NCBI GenBank assembly: GCA_964360835.1
Contig: CAYHYG010000005.1
Coordinates: 1 to 46,398, forward strand
Reading direction: 5' to 3'
Length of the DNA stretch: 46,398 nucleotides
Origin: an uncultured Gammaproteobacteria bacterium
GTDB taxonomy: Bacteria > Patescibacteriota > Patescibacteriia > UBA1558 > 2-01-FULL-52-15
The notes under the pieces were generated by a model. It was not told where the DNA came from. It did not search any database and saw only the letters and a program-made list of their open reading frames with translations. How positions within the stretch are numbered: position 1 is the stretch's first letter; the number at the start of each line of letters is the position of its first letter. Shown here piece by piece: positions 9,338 to 18,915 of the stretch. The translations under genes and the position numbers were made by a program.

Positions 9338-9847
9338 CTAGAATTTGAATAGCCGACCCCATGTTTCGCTTTGGGGCTCTTCTTCTTTATCCAGATCTTC
9401 CTGTAAATATTGGAGAAGGATATTTCTAACTTCCACAGGATTCTGATCCATCAGGTGAACATGGATGCGTGGTTGCCAAACGCTCTTTGGTTCTAGGAAT
9501 AACGTTTTAACTACCGGTGGCTGATATATAATCCAAAAATTTTTGATTTCAGAATATCCTAACATTCTATCTTTCAGGACTACGCCTCGGTCTGTCAAAG
9601 CAAAAGTAATGGCCTCAGGCTGTCTGCGGTTGGCAATCATGAATATTCCAACTGCCATGACGACGATAATGACAAAGAAATAATTGCGGGTATATATTCC
9701 GTAGACAATAAATAAAACTGCTACCAAAACCGCGCCCAAATACCAACGCCAACCTCGTTCAAAAGGCAGATAATCAGGGTATTCCCAAGAGGCATACACC
9801 TCGTCAAAGGGTTGGTCTGGTTGTTTTTGCTCTGGTTCGATTGGCAT
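9338..9847 (-). CDS. Conserved hypothetical membrane protein (2 TM plus soluble domain)
   Basis: WEYPDY..ERGWRWY, two hydrophobic helices; TATAAT-6 nt-ATG start. Confidence 0.75.
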   Translation of the reverse strand: MPIEPEQKQPDQPFDEVYASWEYPDYLPFERGWRWYLGAVLVAVLFIVYGIYTRNYFFVIIVVMAVGIFMIANRRQPEAITFALTDRGVVLKDRMLGYSEIKNFWIIYQPPVVKTLFLEPKSVWQPRIHVHLMDQNPVEVRNILLQYLQEDLDKEEEPQSETWGRLFKF

Positions 9848-9945
9848 GAAAATATTATAGCACAAATAAGCTAAAAAGTGATTGACAGCACCTATGCACT
9901 ATAGTATAGTATAAAACGCATTTTTGCTTTACGTTAGATAAATAT

Positions 9946-10035
<90 letters not shown>

Positions 10036-10103
10036 TCCTTCGCTCGCAAGGCGAGCTACGGATGGCACTGCCACTAATGTGCGAGAGTTATAATGCTCAA
10101 CAC

Positions 10104-10514
10104 ATGAAAATATATTTTGCCGGTTCCATCAGAGGCGGTAGACAGGATCAAGGTTCATATCTGGAGATAATAACTCTTCTAGATTCTTATGGTCAGGTCC
10201 TGACAGAACACTTAGCTGATCCCGCACTCTCAAGCTACGGCGAAACTCACTTGAGCAACGAAGAAATTTATCAGCGTGATGTTGACTGGGTATTGGAAGC
10301 CGACTTAGTCATTGCTGAGGTAACGCAAACGAGTTTAGGTGTTGGCTACGAGCTTGGGTTAGCTGAAGCAGCCAAAAAAAGAATCATTTGTCTCTATCGA
10401 CCACAGCCCGACAAACGATTATCAGCAATGATTGCCGGTAACAAAAATCTAACGGTAATAGAGTATCAGACGGTAGAAGAATTACGGCCAAAATTGAAAG
10501 AAGTTTTGGGATAA
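10104..10514 (+). CDS. Nucleoside 2-deoxyribosyltransferase / DNPH1(Rcl)-like N-glycosidase
   Basis: MKIYFAGSIRGGR, VLTEH, IYQRD, SLGVGYELG, LSAMIAG. Confidence 0.9.
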   Translation: MKIYFAGSIRGGRQDQGSYLEIITLLDSYGQVLTEHLADPALSSYGETHLSNEEIYQRDVDWVLEADLVIAEVTQTSLGVGYELGLAEAAKKRIICLYRPQPDKRLSAMIAGNKNLTVIEYQTVEELRPKLKEVLG

Positions 10515-10519
10515 TACAT

Positions 10520-10605
10520 GGAGAGTTGGCAGAGTGGTCTAATGCGACGGTCTTGAAAACCGTTGTGCGAAAGCACCGGGGGTTCGAATCCCTCACTCTC
10601 CGCCA
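10520..10605 (+). tRNA. tRNA-Ser(TGA)
   Basis: ACGGT-CTTGAAA-ACCGT, variable arm, CCA. Confidence 0.97.
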
Positions 10606-10693
10606 GAGCACAATATGAATGCTGCCGAAGGCAGCTATACAAAGAGACGATGTCCTGAGCGACCACGTCAAACGTGGGAGTCGAGCGACACAG
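10606..10693 (+). repeat. tRNA trailer repeat copy
   Basis: First 33 nt identical to 289-321; TGTCCTGAGCG...GTCGAGCGACA core with a CCACGTCAAACGTGG hairpin nested inside. Confidence 0.85.
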
Positions 10694-10705
10694 TAAGTAA
10701 TATGC

Positions 10706-10790
10706 GGGCACGTGGTGAAATTGGTATACACGTACGCTTCAGGTGCGTATGGAGCAATCCGTGAGAGTTCGAGTCTCTCCGTGCCCACCA
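10706..10790 (+). tRNA. tRNA-Leu(CAG)
   Basis: TACGC-TTCAGGT-GCGTA, variable arm, CCA. Confidence 0.96.
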
Positions 10791-10806
10791 CGCGCCAAAG
10801 GCGAGG

Positions 10807-10830
10807 TGTCCCGAGCAACGTCGAGGGACA
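10807..10830. repeat. tRNA trailer repeat core
   Basis: TGTCCCGAGCAACGTCGAGGGACA. Confidence 0.8.
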
Positions 10831-10860
10831 TCCGCAAAGCGGGACTGATCAAATAAACCT

Positions 10861-11391
10861 ATGAATTTTGAACAACTAAAATCCGAGAAAGAACTAGCCT
10901 GGGAAGCAAAAAAGGAAGAGGTTGATCATATAGTAGATGGTCTGGGTTTAGGGATCGATGAAAAAATAAAGGAACCAGTTACCTCACTTTTGGCTCACGA
11001 ATTTCCTACCAATGCTTCATGCGAAGGTCATATAGCTGAGGAGAATGAAGGTCGCGGGTTACCATATCCTTGGGTTGAAATTTATGCTCCCGAACCAGAC
11101 GGCTGGGAGAAGAGCGAAGAGAAGCAGCAAGAGTGGACCGCAGAAAACTTAAAACAAAGAGCTAGAATGTCAGATTTTTTAGATGAGTTCTATAGCCAGG
11201 CAGAAAATCCTGATGAGGCGCAATTGACTTTGGAAGATAAAGGTATTTATGGAGCATTTCGTTTGCGTAGTTTTGGAGCAGACGCAGCTGAATCACTGGA
11301 TATTGAAGCCAGAAAGAAGAAATTAGAATTATACAGGGCGGAAATGAATAATTTTTCTCAATTTATGAAAAAGAAATATTTCACGGAATAA
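10861..11391 (+). CDS. Hypothetical acidic protein with T-x-x-SCEGH motif
   Basis: 176-aa ORF, GLGIDEKIKEPV...PTNASCEGH; followed by bidirectional hairpin around 11414-11439. Confidence 0.75.
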   Translation: MNFEQLKSEKELAWEAKKEEVDHIVDGLGLGIDEKIKEPVTSLLAHEFPTNASCEGHIAEENEGRGLPYPWVEIYAPEPDGWEKSEEKQQEWTAENLKQRARMSDFLDEFYSQAENPDEAQLTLEDKGIYGAFRLRSFGADAAESLDIEARKKKLELYRAEMNNFSQFMKKKYFTE

Positions 11392-11452
11392 TTGAACATC
11401 GTTCTAAATGCAGAAAAACTCCACCAAGGGAGTTTTTTTAGGAAACCTTCAA

Positions 11453-11701
11453 TTATTTTCCCCAACGCCAGCGTGGTGGCTCACCTTTAGCGTAGCTAAC
11501 GGCTATGAGAATAGCGGTGAGCACTATCATACGAGGTACAAATTTTAATAAGGTATCACTGCCAGAGTGCGAGCCGTTATCATCCCAGCTGAAACCCACA
11601 ACGATAGCCACGAGATATAGCAAGATGACGAGCCAGCCTTGCCAAGTGGCCGGATACCAACCCCAACCATAATTTTTGGCTTTGAACCAGACTTTTTTCA
11701 T
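11453..11701 (-). CDS. Small membrane protein
   Basis: WFKAKNYGWGWYPATWQGW, two TM segments, KGEPPRWRWG; TACAAT-6 nt-ATG start. Confidence 0.8.
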   Translation of the reverse strand: MKKVWFKAKNYGWGWYPATWQGWLVILLYLVAIVVGFSWDDNGSHSGSDTLLKFVPRMIVLTAILIAVSYAKGEPPRWRWGK

Positions 11702-12177
11702 AGTCTGATTGTAGTGCATTGCGCGGATGATGTAAATTGATTCAAAGGTAGAATGTATAAGGTATAAAATATGAACTAGTTACTTCGATAGAGAGTTTAT
11801 TCCTGCGGGCCGTCCTGTTATATTCTCATTGGCACTGGCACTATGAGACAGTCTAAAACAATGATTGACCGAGAGTACGCTCCCGTGAAAGAGTTTAGCG
11901 ATTTGTTTTACTGGGATCGGTTTGACCCAACACCAGAGTAAGGCCTATAATGTTCTTAAAGATAGTTTGCAGCTAGCTTACCCTAGAATATGTCCTTGTT
12001 AAATCTCAAAAAAGATGTTACAAATCGCCTACAAACATTGATGACGTGGGTACTTAATCGGGAGGCACCTCAAGGACTTTTTTGCGCTGATAGAGGCAAG
12101 GGTGTATTACTGACATATAACCAAATTTAAGAAAAGGTACCTGATCCCTTTTATGATTTGGAATATAAACAAAAACA

Positions 12178-12789
12178 ATGTCGTTTGAAGAGTATAAAAG
12201 AAATACGAGGGACACTCACTTGAATCCTCAGGAGGGAAAGAAGAGTGCAGAGACTCTTGAATTATTGCTGGAAAAGTACAAGGATCGAAGAGTGTTAGTT
12301 CTCGCATCGCCGACTGTTGGGAAAAGTACAATTTTACAACATATCAAAGATGGAGTTGACCTAGATGTAGTATTTGATGATATGCCGGATGAGTTTAAGA
12401 GACGAGTACTGCACCACGAAAACCCGTTCATGTTTATCGATGGAGATAAGCAGACTTTAAAATATACCGAAAAGGAGTTTAACCCAACAGATGATAGTCA
12501 CCAAATTTACCTTAGGGAAACAACCGAACTACTCACAAAGTATACTCAGGATAAAGTAAATATCGAAGCAGGTCATCCAGTTTTTGGTAGTATGCTTGTA
12601 GATTCTGATGTGGTAATTTATCTCAAGGTTTCTGAAGAGGAACTTAAAAAGAGAATTGATTCGCGGAATATGAACACCCATCGACTCGCTCAGCTTGATC
12701 GAGTAAAGGCGATAAAGAATAATCTCGAAGCTGATTTGGAAAGACTGAAATTAGTGGGTAAGATAGTTGTGGAATTAGAAATCTCTTAA
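12178..12789 (+). CDS. P-loop nucleoside/nucleotide kinase-like protein
   Basis: VLVLASPTVGKST Walker A variant; IYLKVSEEELKKRIDSR resembles the NMP-kinase lid region. Confidence 0.75.
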   Translation: MSFEEYKRNTRDTHLNPQEGKKSAETLELLLEKYKDRRVLVLASPTVGKSTILQHIKDGVDLDVVFDDMPDEFKRRVLHHENPFMFIDGDKQTLKYTEKEFNPTDDSHQIYLRETTELLTKYTQDKVNIEAGHPVFGSMLVDSDVVIYLKVSEEELKKRIDSRNMNTHRLAQLDRVKAIKNNLEADLERLKLVGKIVVELEIS

Positions 12790-12813
12790 ACTATCCATAA
12801 TAAGAGTAAGTAT

Positions 12814-13356
12814 ATGAAAATGAAGAAAAAAATAGTCTTCTTCGATGGCGATGGAACGCTTTGGTATCCCATGGCTACAAAACGAACTCAAAAACCTCAC
12901 TGGATTTATCATGACCCAGAGACAAAAGATAACTATCTTGAGCATTTGGAGTTGACACCACGGACCAAAGAAACCCTAGAGACCCTGAAGAAAAACGGAA
13001 TATATCTCGTAGTACTCTCAGCCAACCCTTATGCTGAAGAAGTTGCTGTCAAAGAAATTAAAGAAAGGCTTGAGTACTTTGGGCTAGGTGGCCTGTTTTA
13101 TGCCCAAAGATCCTCAAGTGGAGATGATCCGAATGGGAAGGCGTCAATCATGCTAGAGATTCTAGCTTCCTTAGGTCTTAGTAAGGAGGATGCACTTATG
13201 GTTGGGGATAGTTATTTTTATGACTATCTAGCAGCAAAAAGTATCGGAATAGAGGCTTTTTTTATAGAAAATAGTGTTTCAAAAATGCCAGAAAAGATTC
13301 CAAGGGATCTCAGGTCAATTAAGGAGATTCACGAGTTACTTGATATACTGGCTTGA
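12814..13356 (+). CDS. HAD-family phosphatase
   Basis: Motif I FFDGDGTLW, II VLSAN, III K (GKAS), IV MVGDSYFYD. Confidence 0.9.
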   Translation: MKMKKKIVFFDGDGTLWYPMATKRTQKPHWIYHDPETKDNYLEHLELTPRTKETLETLKKNGIYLVVLSANPYAEEVAVKEIKERLEYFGLGGLFYAQRSSSGDDPNGKASIMLEILASLGLSKEDALMVGDSYFYDYLAAKSIGIEAFFIENSVSKMPEKIPRDLRSIKEIHELLDILA

Positions 13357-16300
13357 TGTTTTTTATGAATGTACTTAGTGCAAAAGATAAAATTTCCCAA
13401 TTTAATCAGAAAGGTGACGCTAGTATACTGGTAAGCTTACTTAGTACTCACAATCTTGATATAAAGAATACCGTACGTTTTATCAACGCATATGTTGATA
13501 GAAAATTTTTGAAGTCACTTATATTTCAACCGTTGAAAGTTAACGAAAAATGCTTGGTGTTTATTAACTCTTCTCTTGAGATTGAGGTGATAAAAACGGA
13601 TATCATCAGTCTAAAAAAAATTTTGAATCAGATCAAACTATACGATAAGGAGAATCACCAAGGTGGGGTTTCCAGTATTACCTTAAGATCTATATTGCTT
13701 TCGATAGCAAAGTCGGAGCTGAAGTCTTATGACGTTTTTACGAACCTTGACACTTATGACATAGACAAGGTTACCTTACGAAGATGCCTCAATGATGAGA
13801 GGAATTGGGTCATCGAGAGAGCTCAGACTCACAACATACTCATACGTCAATGTTATAAAAGCGTCGAGACTTTATCGCAAAAAATGTTAGGGTCAAAGGA
13901 ATTAGGAAGAGGGATCTACTGCGTGCGAGGATCTGTTGCTTCTGGGAAATCTTCATTTATCGAGCGTACTCTCCATCAAAACATAAAGACGTTGAAAACA
14001 TTTGATCGTGTATTAAATACCGATACCGTAAAAAGACAGCTTATTTTAAACACTTCAAATGTCATGGGGCAAGCACTTTCTGGATACCTCTTTCATGAGG
14101 AGGCGTCCATTATTGGCGATAAAATCCTCAAACTTATTAGGAAATCTAATTTAGGGTATGTCATCGACAAGAGAATGCATGACGCTGCGGATCTAGATGA
14201 ATTATTAGCCGATGCTACTCAGAGAAAGTTGTTCGCTACTATATTTGACTTGAAGGTTGATTTCATAACCTCGGCATTACGAGTACTTGAACGAACGGGA
14301 ATATACCCGAGTGATCCCACTCCAGATTTTTCGACTTTATATAAAAGTTATAGGACGATCGAAGATGGTCGCTTATCTTTTTTTGAAAAATCAATTGGTT
14401 CGAAATGGGTAAAAAATTATTCGACCGTTCTAATGAATAGCAATGGGCATCCGGTTGTTACTAGTCTTAAAAGGAACTACAAAGTTAACAGGAAAAATAT
14501 AGCGCGGGAGTCTGAAGCTCGATATATAGCAAGCGCTGAAAGTTTAAAAGGCACGGTCCTTTCTAATCAGGAGACGCTTAAATCTTCCCTTGATACGCAT
14601 TCTCGCAGAAGCTATACACCATTTTTTTCTAAGGAGAAGTACTTACATAAGCTCCTGCGTAATATCGAAAACACAAGTAGAACATTTAGCGGGGAATTAA
14701 ATGTTTCTGCATCAAAAGACAAGCCCTTGCTGGTTAACCTATTTATGCCAAAGCGCTGTCTCGCTGATACTACGAGAAATAATGTAATCCAGGCTTTTAA
14801 CTTTGTGTATGATAATAAGAATTTGCTATTACTATCACCCCAGGTACTTCAAGAGTTTATCGATCAGATTGCAATGATGGTCAATCAAGGTATTGTAACT
14901 GACGAAAAGTTAATATTAAGAGGTGGCAGCAATTCACAAAAATACTTTTATGTTGATACGCGGTATTTAAAGAGGTTTTACAATTCATTTGTTAACCAGC
15001 TATACGAGAAGATAAATAGCCCAAAAAATAACCCGGTAGATTTAGCCGCCTGGATTGAATGGAATATTGATTTCTGCGGGCATATTTTTGTTGATGGCTG
15101 TGGCAGAGTCGCAAAGATTTTGAGTACTTGGTTGTTGATGAGAAATAATAGTGATTTGCCTAATTATTGCAATGGTCAGGATGGTTTTGAGTCTGTTCGG
15201 GAATCATATCGAAAAAGATTCGCGCTTGAATCCAAAGTGAAACTTCGGGTTCCAACGGACACGAAAAAATTCCATGCTTTTTTGTCATACTACGGGAGAC
15301 TTTTTGACCCCAAAGAGACTTATAAAGTTCTTGCCTCAGGTGGTTTAGTTTATAATTCAACAGGACAATTTTTAATACTCCAGACGAGTAAGGGTAAAGA
15401 TTATGGTAAATGGGTTATACCTGGTGGCAAGCTGGGTATAAATGAAACTCCAATTGAAGCCTTTGTACGCGAGATTTTTGAGGAAACTGGCCTCACAGTT
15501 AGTCATATTAGTCTTTTGGGATTACGCGACTATACGGCAAAAAGTGGTAATCACTATCATTTTTACGACTATACATCGATTGTCGTAGAGGATAAGCGAA
15601 TAAGAATCAATGGAGAATCAATTACTTTTAAGTGGATTACGAGAGATCAAATATCAAGTTTTAAATTCACGGACTCGATAGCAAACTTTATCAGTAAGTA
15701 CTTTGTATTCGGACATCCAGAAATATATAGCAAGGTAATCATGGTCCCAGAAAAGAACCTTGATGTTCCTTACCAGGACGATCATACGATGACCATTTCA
15801 CTGGAAAAATACATACAATCTAAACTACCTGTAGAAATGATAAAAAGCAGAATCAAAGAGATAGACAGAGTTGAAGTTCATGGTATATACCCAGACCTCA
15901 AGATTCTAAACGAACTCACGTTAAGATTTAATATCACAGAGGTAATTCATTTTAGTAAGCAGAAGGCTGACAATAGTAACAGTCTGCGACCTATGTTCTT
16001 AGTAGCCGAGAGCGATTCAAAAAAAATTTTAGTTTGCTGCGTTACTCCGGGCAGAGATTTACTGATTCATTATGCTTCCATGCTAAAGTATTATCTAAGA
16101 GATTTGCTAATTCCCGTAAGGGCGTACGCGTATCCGTTAGCTGAAAAAAGTATCGATAAATGGACAGGCCTAGATGACAAAATTATTATCAAGCATGACG
16201 TAGTGATACTTGGCTACAGTACATTCTTGAAAAATCAATTTGAAAAAGACTCCGACTTTTCTACACTGAGTACCTATCAAAATAAGTATTATTCATCTAC

Positions 16301-16892
16301 TAGATTTATTACTAAGAGTGGCAAGGTCATAAATTGTCTTGAAGCAAACTACGGTCACTGGGGTAATATAAGTGACTTTTTGGCGCAGAAAATATGTCAG
16401 TTACATGCAGCCGAAGTTTTACATATAGGGAAGGTCGGCGCCTTAAAGTCCCCAAACGAAGTATATACAAGAATATACATACCTAAGTCATTTGTCATAG
16501 GAAGACGGAATGAGATTATGAGTATAGGTTCTAGAATAAGTAATTCTATGGAGTATATTAAGGAATACTCTTCCTTAGCTCACGTTTCCATATCCACAAC
16601 AATGGAAGAAACATTTGCCCAACGTGAAAAGTTCTCTAAAAAAAAGATTGACACTGTAGACATCGAATCTTCAAAAATTGCCCGAGCAGTTGCTCTGTAT
16701 AATTTAGCTAATAAAACCAAAGTAAAGTTCGGAGCGATACATTTTTCTTCGGATTATTTGAAGAAGTTTGGAGAAGATAATCAGAGAGCAGGTGTTGACT
16801 TATCAACCGATAGAGAGAATTTAAGACACAAAAAGCATAGTATTCTGGTTGAAATATATTTTATAATAAAAAAACATATTTTAGAAAAATGA
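13356..16892 (+). CDS. Multidomain protein: zeta-toxin-like P-loop kinase + Fic + Nudix + PNP/nucleosidase-like
   Basis: GSVASGKS...NTDTVK...HEEAS (zeta-like); HIFVDGCGRVAK (Fic variant, 15081); G-KLGIN-E-TPIEAFV-REIFEETGL (exact Nudix box); HIGKVGAL...VDIESSKIARAV...IHFSSDY (PNP/UDP-like); TGATG overlap with the HAD gene. Confidence 0.8.
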   Translation: MFFMNVLSAKDKISQFNQKGDASILVSLLSTHNLDIKNTVRFINAYVDRKFLKSLIFQPLKVNEKCLVFINSSLEIEVIKTDIISLKKILNQIKLYDKENHQGGVSSITLRSILLSIAKSELKSYDVFTNLDTYDIDKVTLRRCLNDERNWVIERAQTHNILIRQCYKSVETLSQKMLGSKELGRGIYCVRGSVASGKSSFIERTLHQNIKTLKTFDRVLNTDTVKRQLILNTSNVMGQALSGYLFHEEASIIGDKILKLIRKSNLGYVIDKRMHDAADLDELLADATQRKLFATIFDLKVDFITSALRVLERTGIYPSDPTPDFSTLYKSYRTIEDGRLSFFEKSIGSKWVKNYSTVLMNSNGHPVVTSLKRNYKVNRKNIARESEARYIASAESLKGTVLSNQETLKSSLDTHSRRSYTPFFSKEKYLHKLLRNIENTSRTFSGELNVSASKDKPLLVNLFMPKRCLADTTRNNVIQAFNFVYDNKNLLLLSPQVLQEFIDQIAMMVNQGIVTDEKLILRGGSNSQKYFYVDTRYLKRFYNSFVNQLYEKINSPKNNPVDLAAWIEWNIDFCGHIFVDGCGRVAKILSTWLLMRNNSDLPNYCNGQDGFESVRESYRKRFALESKVKLRVPTDTKKFHAFLSYYGRLFDPKETYKVLASGGLVYNSTGQFLILQTSKGKDYGKWVIPGGKLGINETPIEAFVREIFEETGLTVSHISLLGLRDYTAKSGNHYHFYDYTSIVVEDKRIRINGESITFKWITRDQISSFKFTDSIANFISKYFVFGHPEIYSKVIMVPEKNLDVPYQDDHTMTISLEKYIQSKLPVEMIKSRIKEIDRVEVHGIYPDLKILNELTLRFNITEVIHFSKQKADNSNSLRPMFLVAESDSKKILVCCVTPGRDLLIHYASMLKYYLRDLLIPVRAYAYPLAEKSIDKWTGLDDKIIIKHDVVILGYSTFLKNQFEKDSDFSTLSTYQNKYYSSTRFITKSGKVINCLEANYGHWGNISDFLAQKICQLHAAEVLHIGKVGALKSPNEVYTRIYIPKSFVIGRRNEIMSIGSRISNSMEYIKEYSSLAHVSISTTMEETFAQREKFSKKKIDTVDIESSKIARAVALYNLANKTKVKFGAIHFSSDYLKKFGEDNQRAGVDLSTDRENLRHKKHSILVEIYFIIKKHILEK

Positions 16893-17124
16893 TCAGTCGT
16901 AATTGAGTAGGTAGGTTTCCTGGGTTTTCTAATAAAGTATTTTTTGGGACAGTATTATGTCTCAAGTTGCAAAAATGTGACAAGGTCTGCATTGTGTCTC
17001 ATTTTGTCTTCAAAACCGCGTCTTGACCTCTTTAATTGAGCTCACGCCTATACCCTGCCTGTTAAAGGTAGGTGAGAGAAGAGAAGGTTGCTTCTTTTTT
17101 CCGTACTCGCTAAACTACGCCCAT

Positions 17125-18912
17125 ATGACACCCATAGAAGAAATAAAGTCCCATCTGGATATTGTCGAGGTTATCAAGGATTACATACCCCTGAAACAAG
17201 CCGGGACCAATTGGAAAGCCAATTGTCCTTTTCATCAGGAGAAATCTCCTTCTTTTATGGTGTCCAAGGATAAGCAGATCTGGCACTGTTTTGGCTGTCA
17301 TGAAGGCGGGGACGTTATCTCCTTTGTGCAAAAGATTGAAGGATTGAGCTTTGGCGAGACACTAGGCCATCTGGCGCTGAAGGCTGGAGTGACCTTGAGT
17401 CAGATGCCACAGGATTACTCCAGTGGCGACAAAGATAATTTACGTAAATTAAATCAGCTAGCTCAGGATGTCTGGCAGAAACAATTATGGACCGACACTG
17501 CGGAAGCCAAGAAGACTTTGGCTTACCTAAAAAAGCGCGGTCTCGAGGACTCGACGGTTAAGGATTGGAACCTTGGCTTATCTGCCAATGAATGGGAAGG
17601 GTTGTCCCATTTATTACTAGAAAAATATTCTCGTTCATCGGTCACCACTTCTGGCCTGGTTATAGAAAAGGAAGGCAAAATTTTTGATCGTTTCCGTCGG
17701 CGTCTGATGTTTCCTATTGCGGATATTCAGGGTACTGTCGTAGCCTTCACAGCTCGGACGCTCCAAGGCATTGCCTATGATGAGGAAGATATTGGTGGCA
17801 AATACGTAAATTCGCCGCAGACAGCGCTCTACAATAAGAGTTCAGTTTTGTATGGTTTACATTTTGCCAAGCAAGAAATTCGTCGCCTGGATTATGTCAT
17901 AGTGGTCGAGGGCAATCTTGACGTCATCATGTCGCATCAGGCCGGCGTCAAGAATGTGGTGGCAGTGTCGGGCACGGCGTTGACCGCTGATCAGCTGAGA
18001 TTATTGAAACGTTTTACCAATAATATTGTATTAGCTTTTGACGCCGATCAAGCAGGTTCGCAGGCGATCTACAAAAGCGGACTGGTGACGGCCGGACAAT
18101 TTGATATGAACGTCAAAGTTTTGCTTTTGTCCGGCGCCAAAGACCCAGCCGAGATAGTTCAGCATGATCCGGAGGAGTGGAAAGCCATATTGAAGGAGAC
18201 AATTCCTTTGGCAGACTTTTATTACCAGGAAATATTGAAACGGGTACATCTCAGTCGGGCTGACCACAAGAAAATTGCGGCCAATAAAATATTGCAGATC
18301 ATTGTGGCCTTGGGAAATTCTATCGAGCAGGATCATTACGTGCAAAAGCTAGCCGCCGATTTGCAGATCTCAGTCCAGTTGCTGTGGAAGCAGCTGGAGT
18401 CACTGCAGCAGCAAACACCGGCGCCCGCAGCAATTGAACCAACATCAGATCAGTCCGGACGCCAAGATCCCTTCGCCATCTGGACCGAAGCATTGCTGGC
18501 TTTGCTGGCTAGACAGTCTGAGTATCTACCGCGGATTATCGATGCCGTGGAGCCGGAGCACATTCACGAAAGTTACCAGCCCCTTTACAAACAAATAATT
18601 ATTCATTATACTAAGGAACAATCGACTGACCTGCAAAGCCTTGTAACATATTTAGACTCTGAACAAGCTCATCTCTGGAGCTCAGTAGTCCATCGGGCCG
18701 AATTGCAATATCAGTCTCTAAGTGAGAAGGAACTCGAACGTGAGTTTCATAATTTACATAAGCGTATTAGAATGCGCTGGTTGAAGGAGCGTATGCACGG
18801 TATTACGCAGAGCATGGAATCAGCCGAGCTGGCCGGGGACCAAGAGTCGTTATCCCGCCTGACTTTGGAATTCAATGAGCTGAGTAAACAGCTGTCGCTA
18901 CTCCTTTCATAA
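17125..18912 (+). CDS. dnaG: DNA primase
   Basis: CPFHQEKSPSF..WHCFGC zinc finger, DRFRRRLMFPI, KYVNSP, Toprim VVEGNLD and FDADQAG. Confidence 0.97.
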   Translation: MTPIEEIKSHLDIVEVIKDYIPLKQAGTNWKANCPFHQEKSPSFMVSKDKQIWHCFGCHEGGDVISFVQKIEGLSFGETLGHLALKAGVTLSQMPQDYSSGDKDNLRKLNQLAQDVWQKQLWTDTAEAKKTLAYLKKRGLEDSTVKDWNLGLSANEWEGLSHLLLEKYSRSSVTTSGLVIEKEGKIFDRFRRRLMFPIADIQGTVVAFTARTLQGIAYDEEDIGGKYVNSPQTALYNKSSVLYGLHFAKQEIRRLDYVIVVEGNLDVIMSHQAGVKNVVAVSGTALTADQLRLLKRFTNNIVLAFDADQAGSQAIYKSGLVTAGQFDMNVKVLLLSGAKDPAEIVQHDPEEWKAILKETIPLADFYYQEILKRVHLSRADHKKIAANKILQIIVALGNSIEQDHYVQKLAADLQISVQLLWKQLESLQQQTPAPAAIEPTSDQSGRQDPFAIWTEALLALLARQSEYLPRIIDAVEPEHIHESYQPLYKQIIIHYTKEQSTDLQSLVTYLDSEQAHLWSSVVHRAELQYQSLSEKELEREFHNLHKRIRMRWLKERMHGITQSMESAELAGDQESLSRLTLEFNELSKQLSLLLS

Positions 18913-18915
18913 TAT

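Noticed and set aside
10384-10818. ORFs across tRNA genes (3-296, 10384-10818, 10466-10711, 20160-20447, 20553-20771, 25027-25366)
   Set aside because: Shadow frames of tRNA and repeat sequence with no protein motifs
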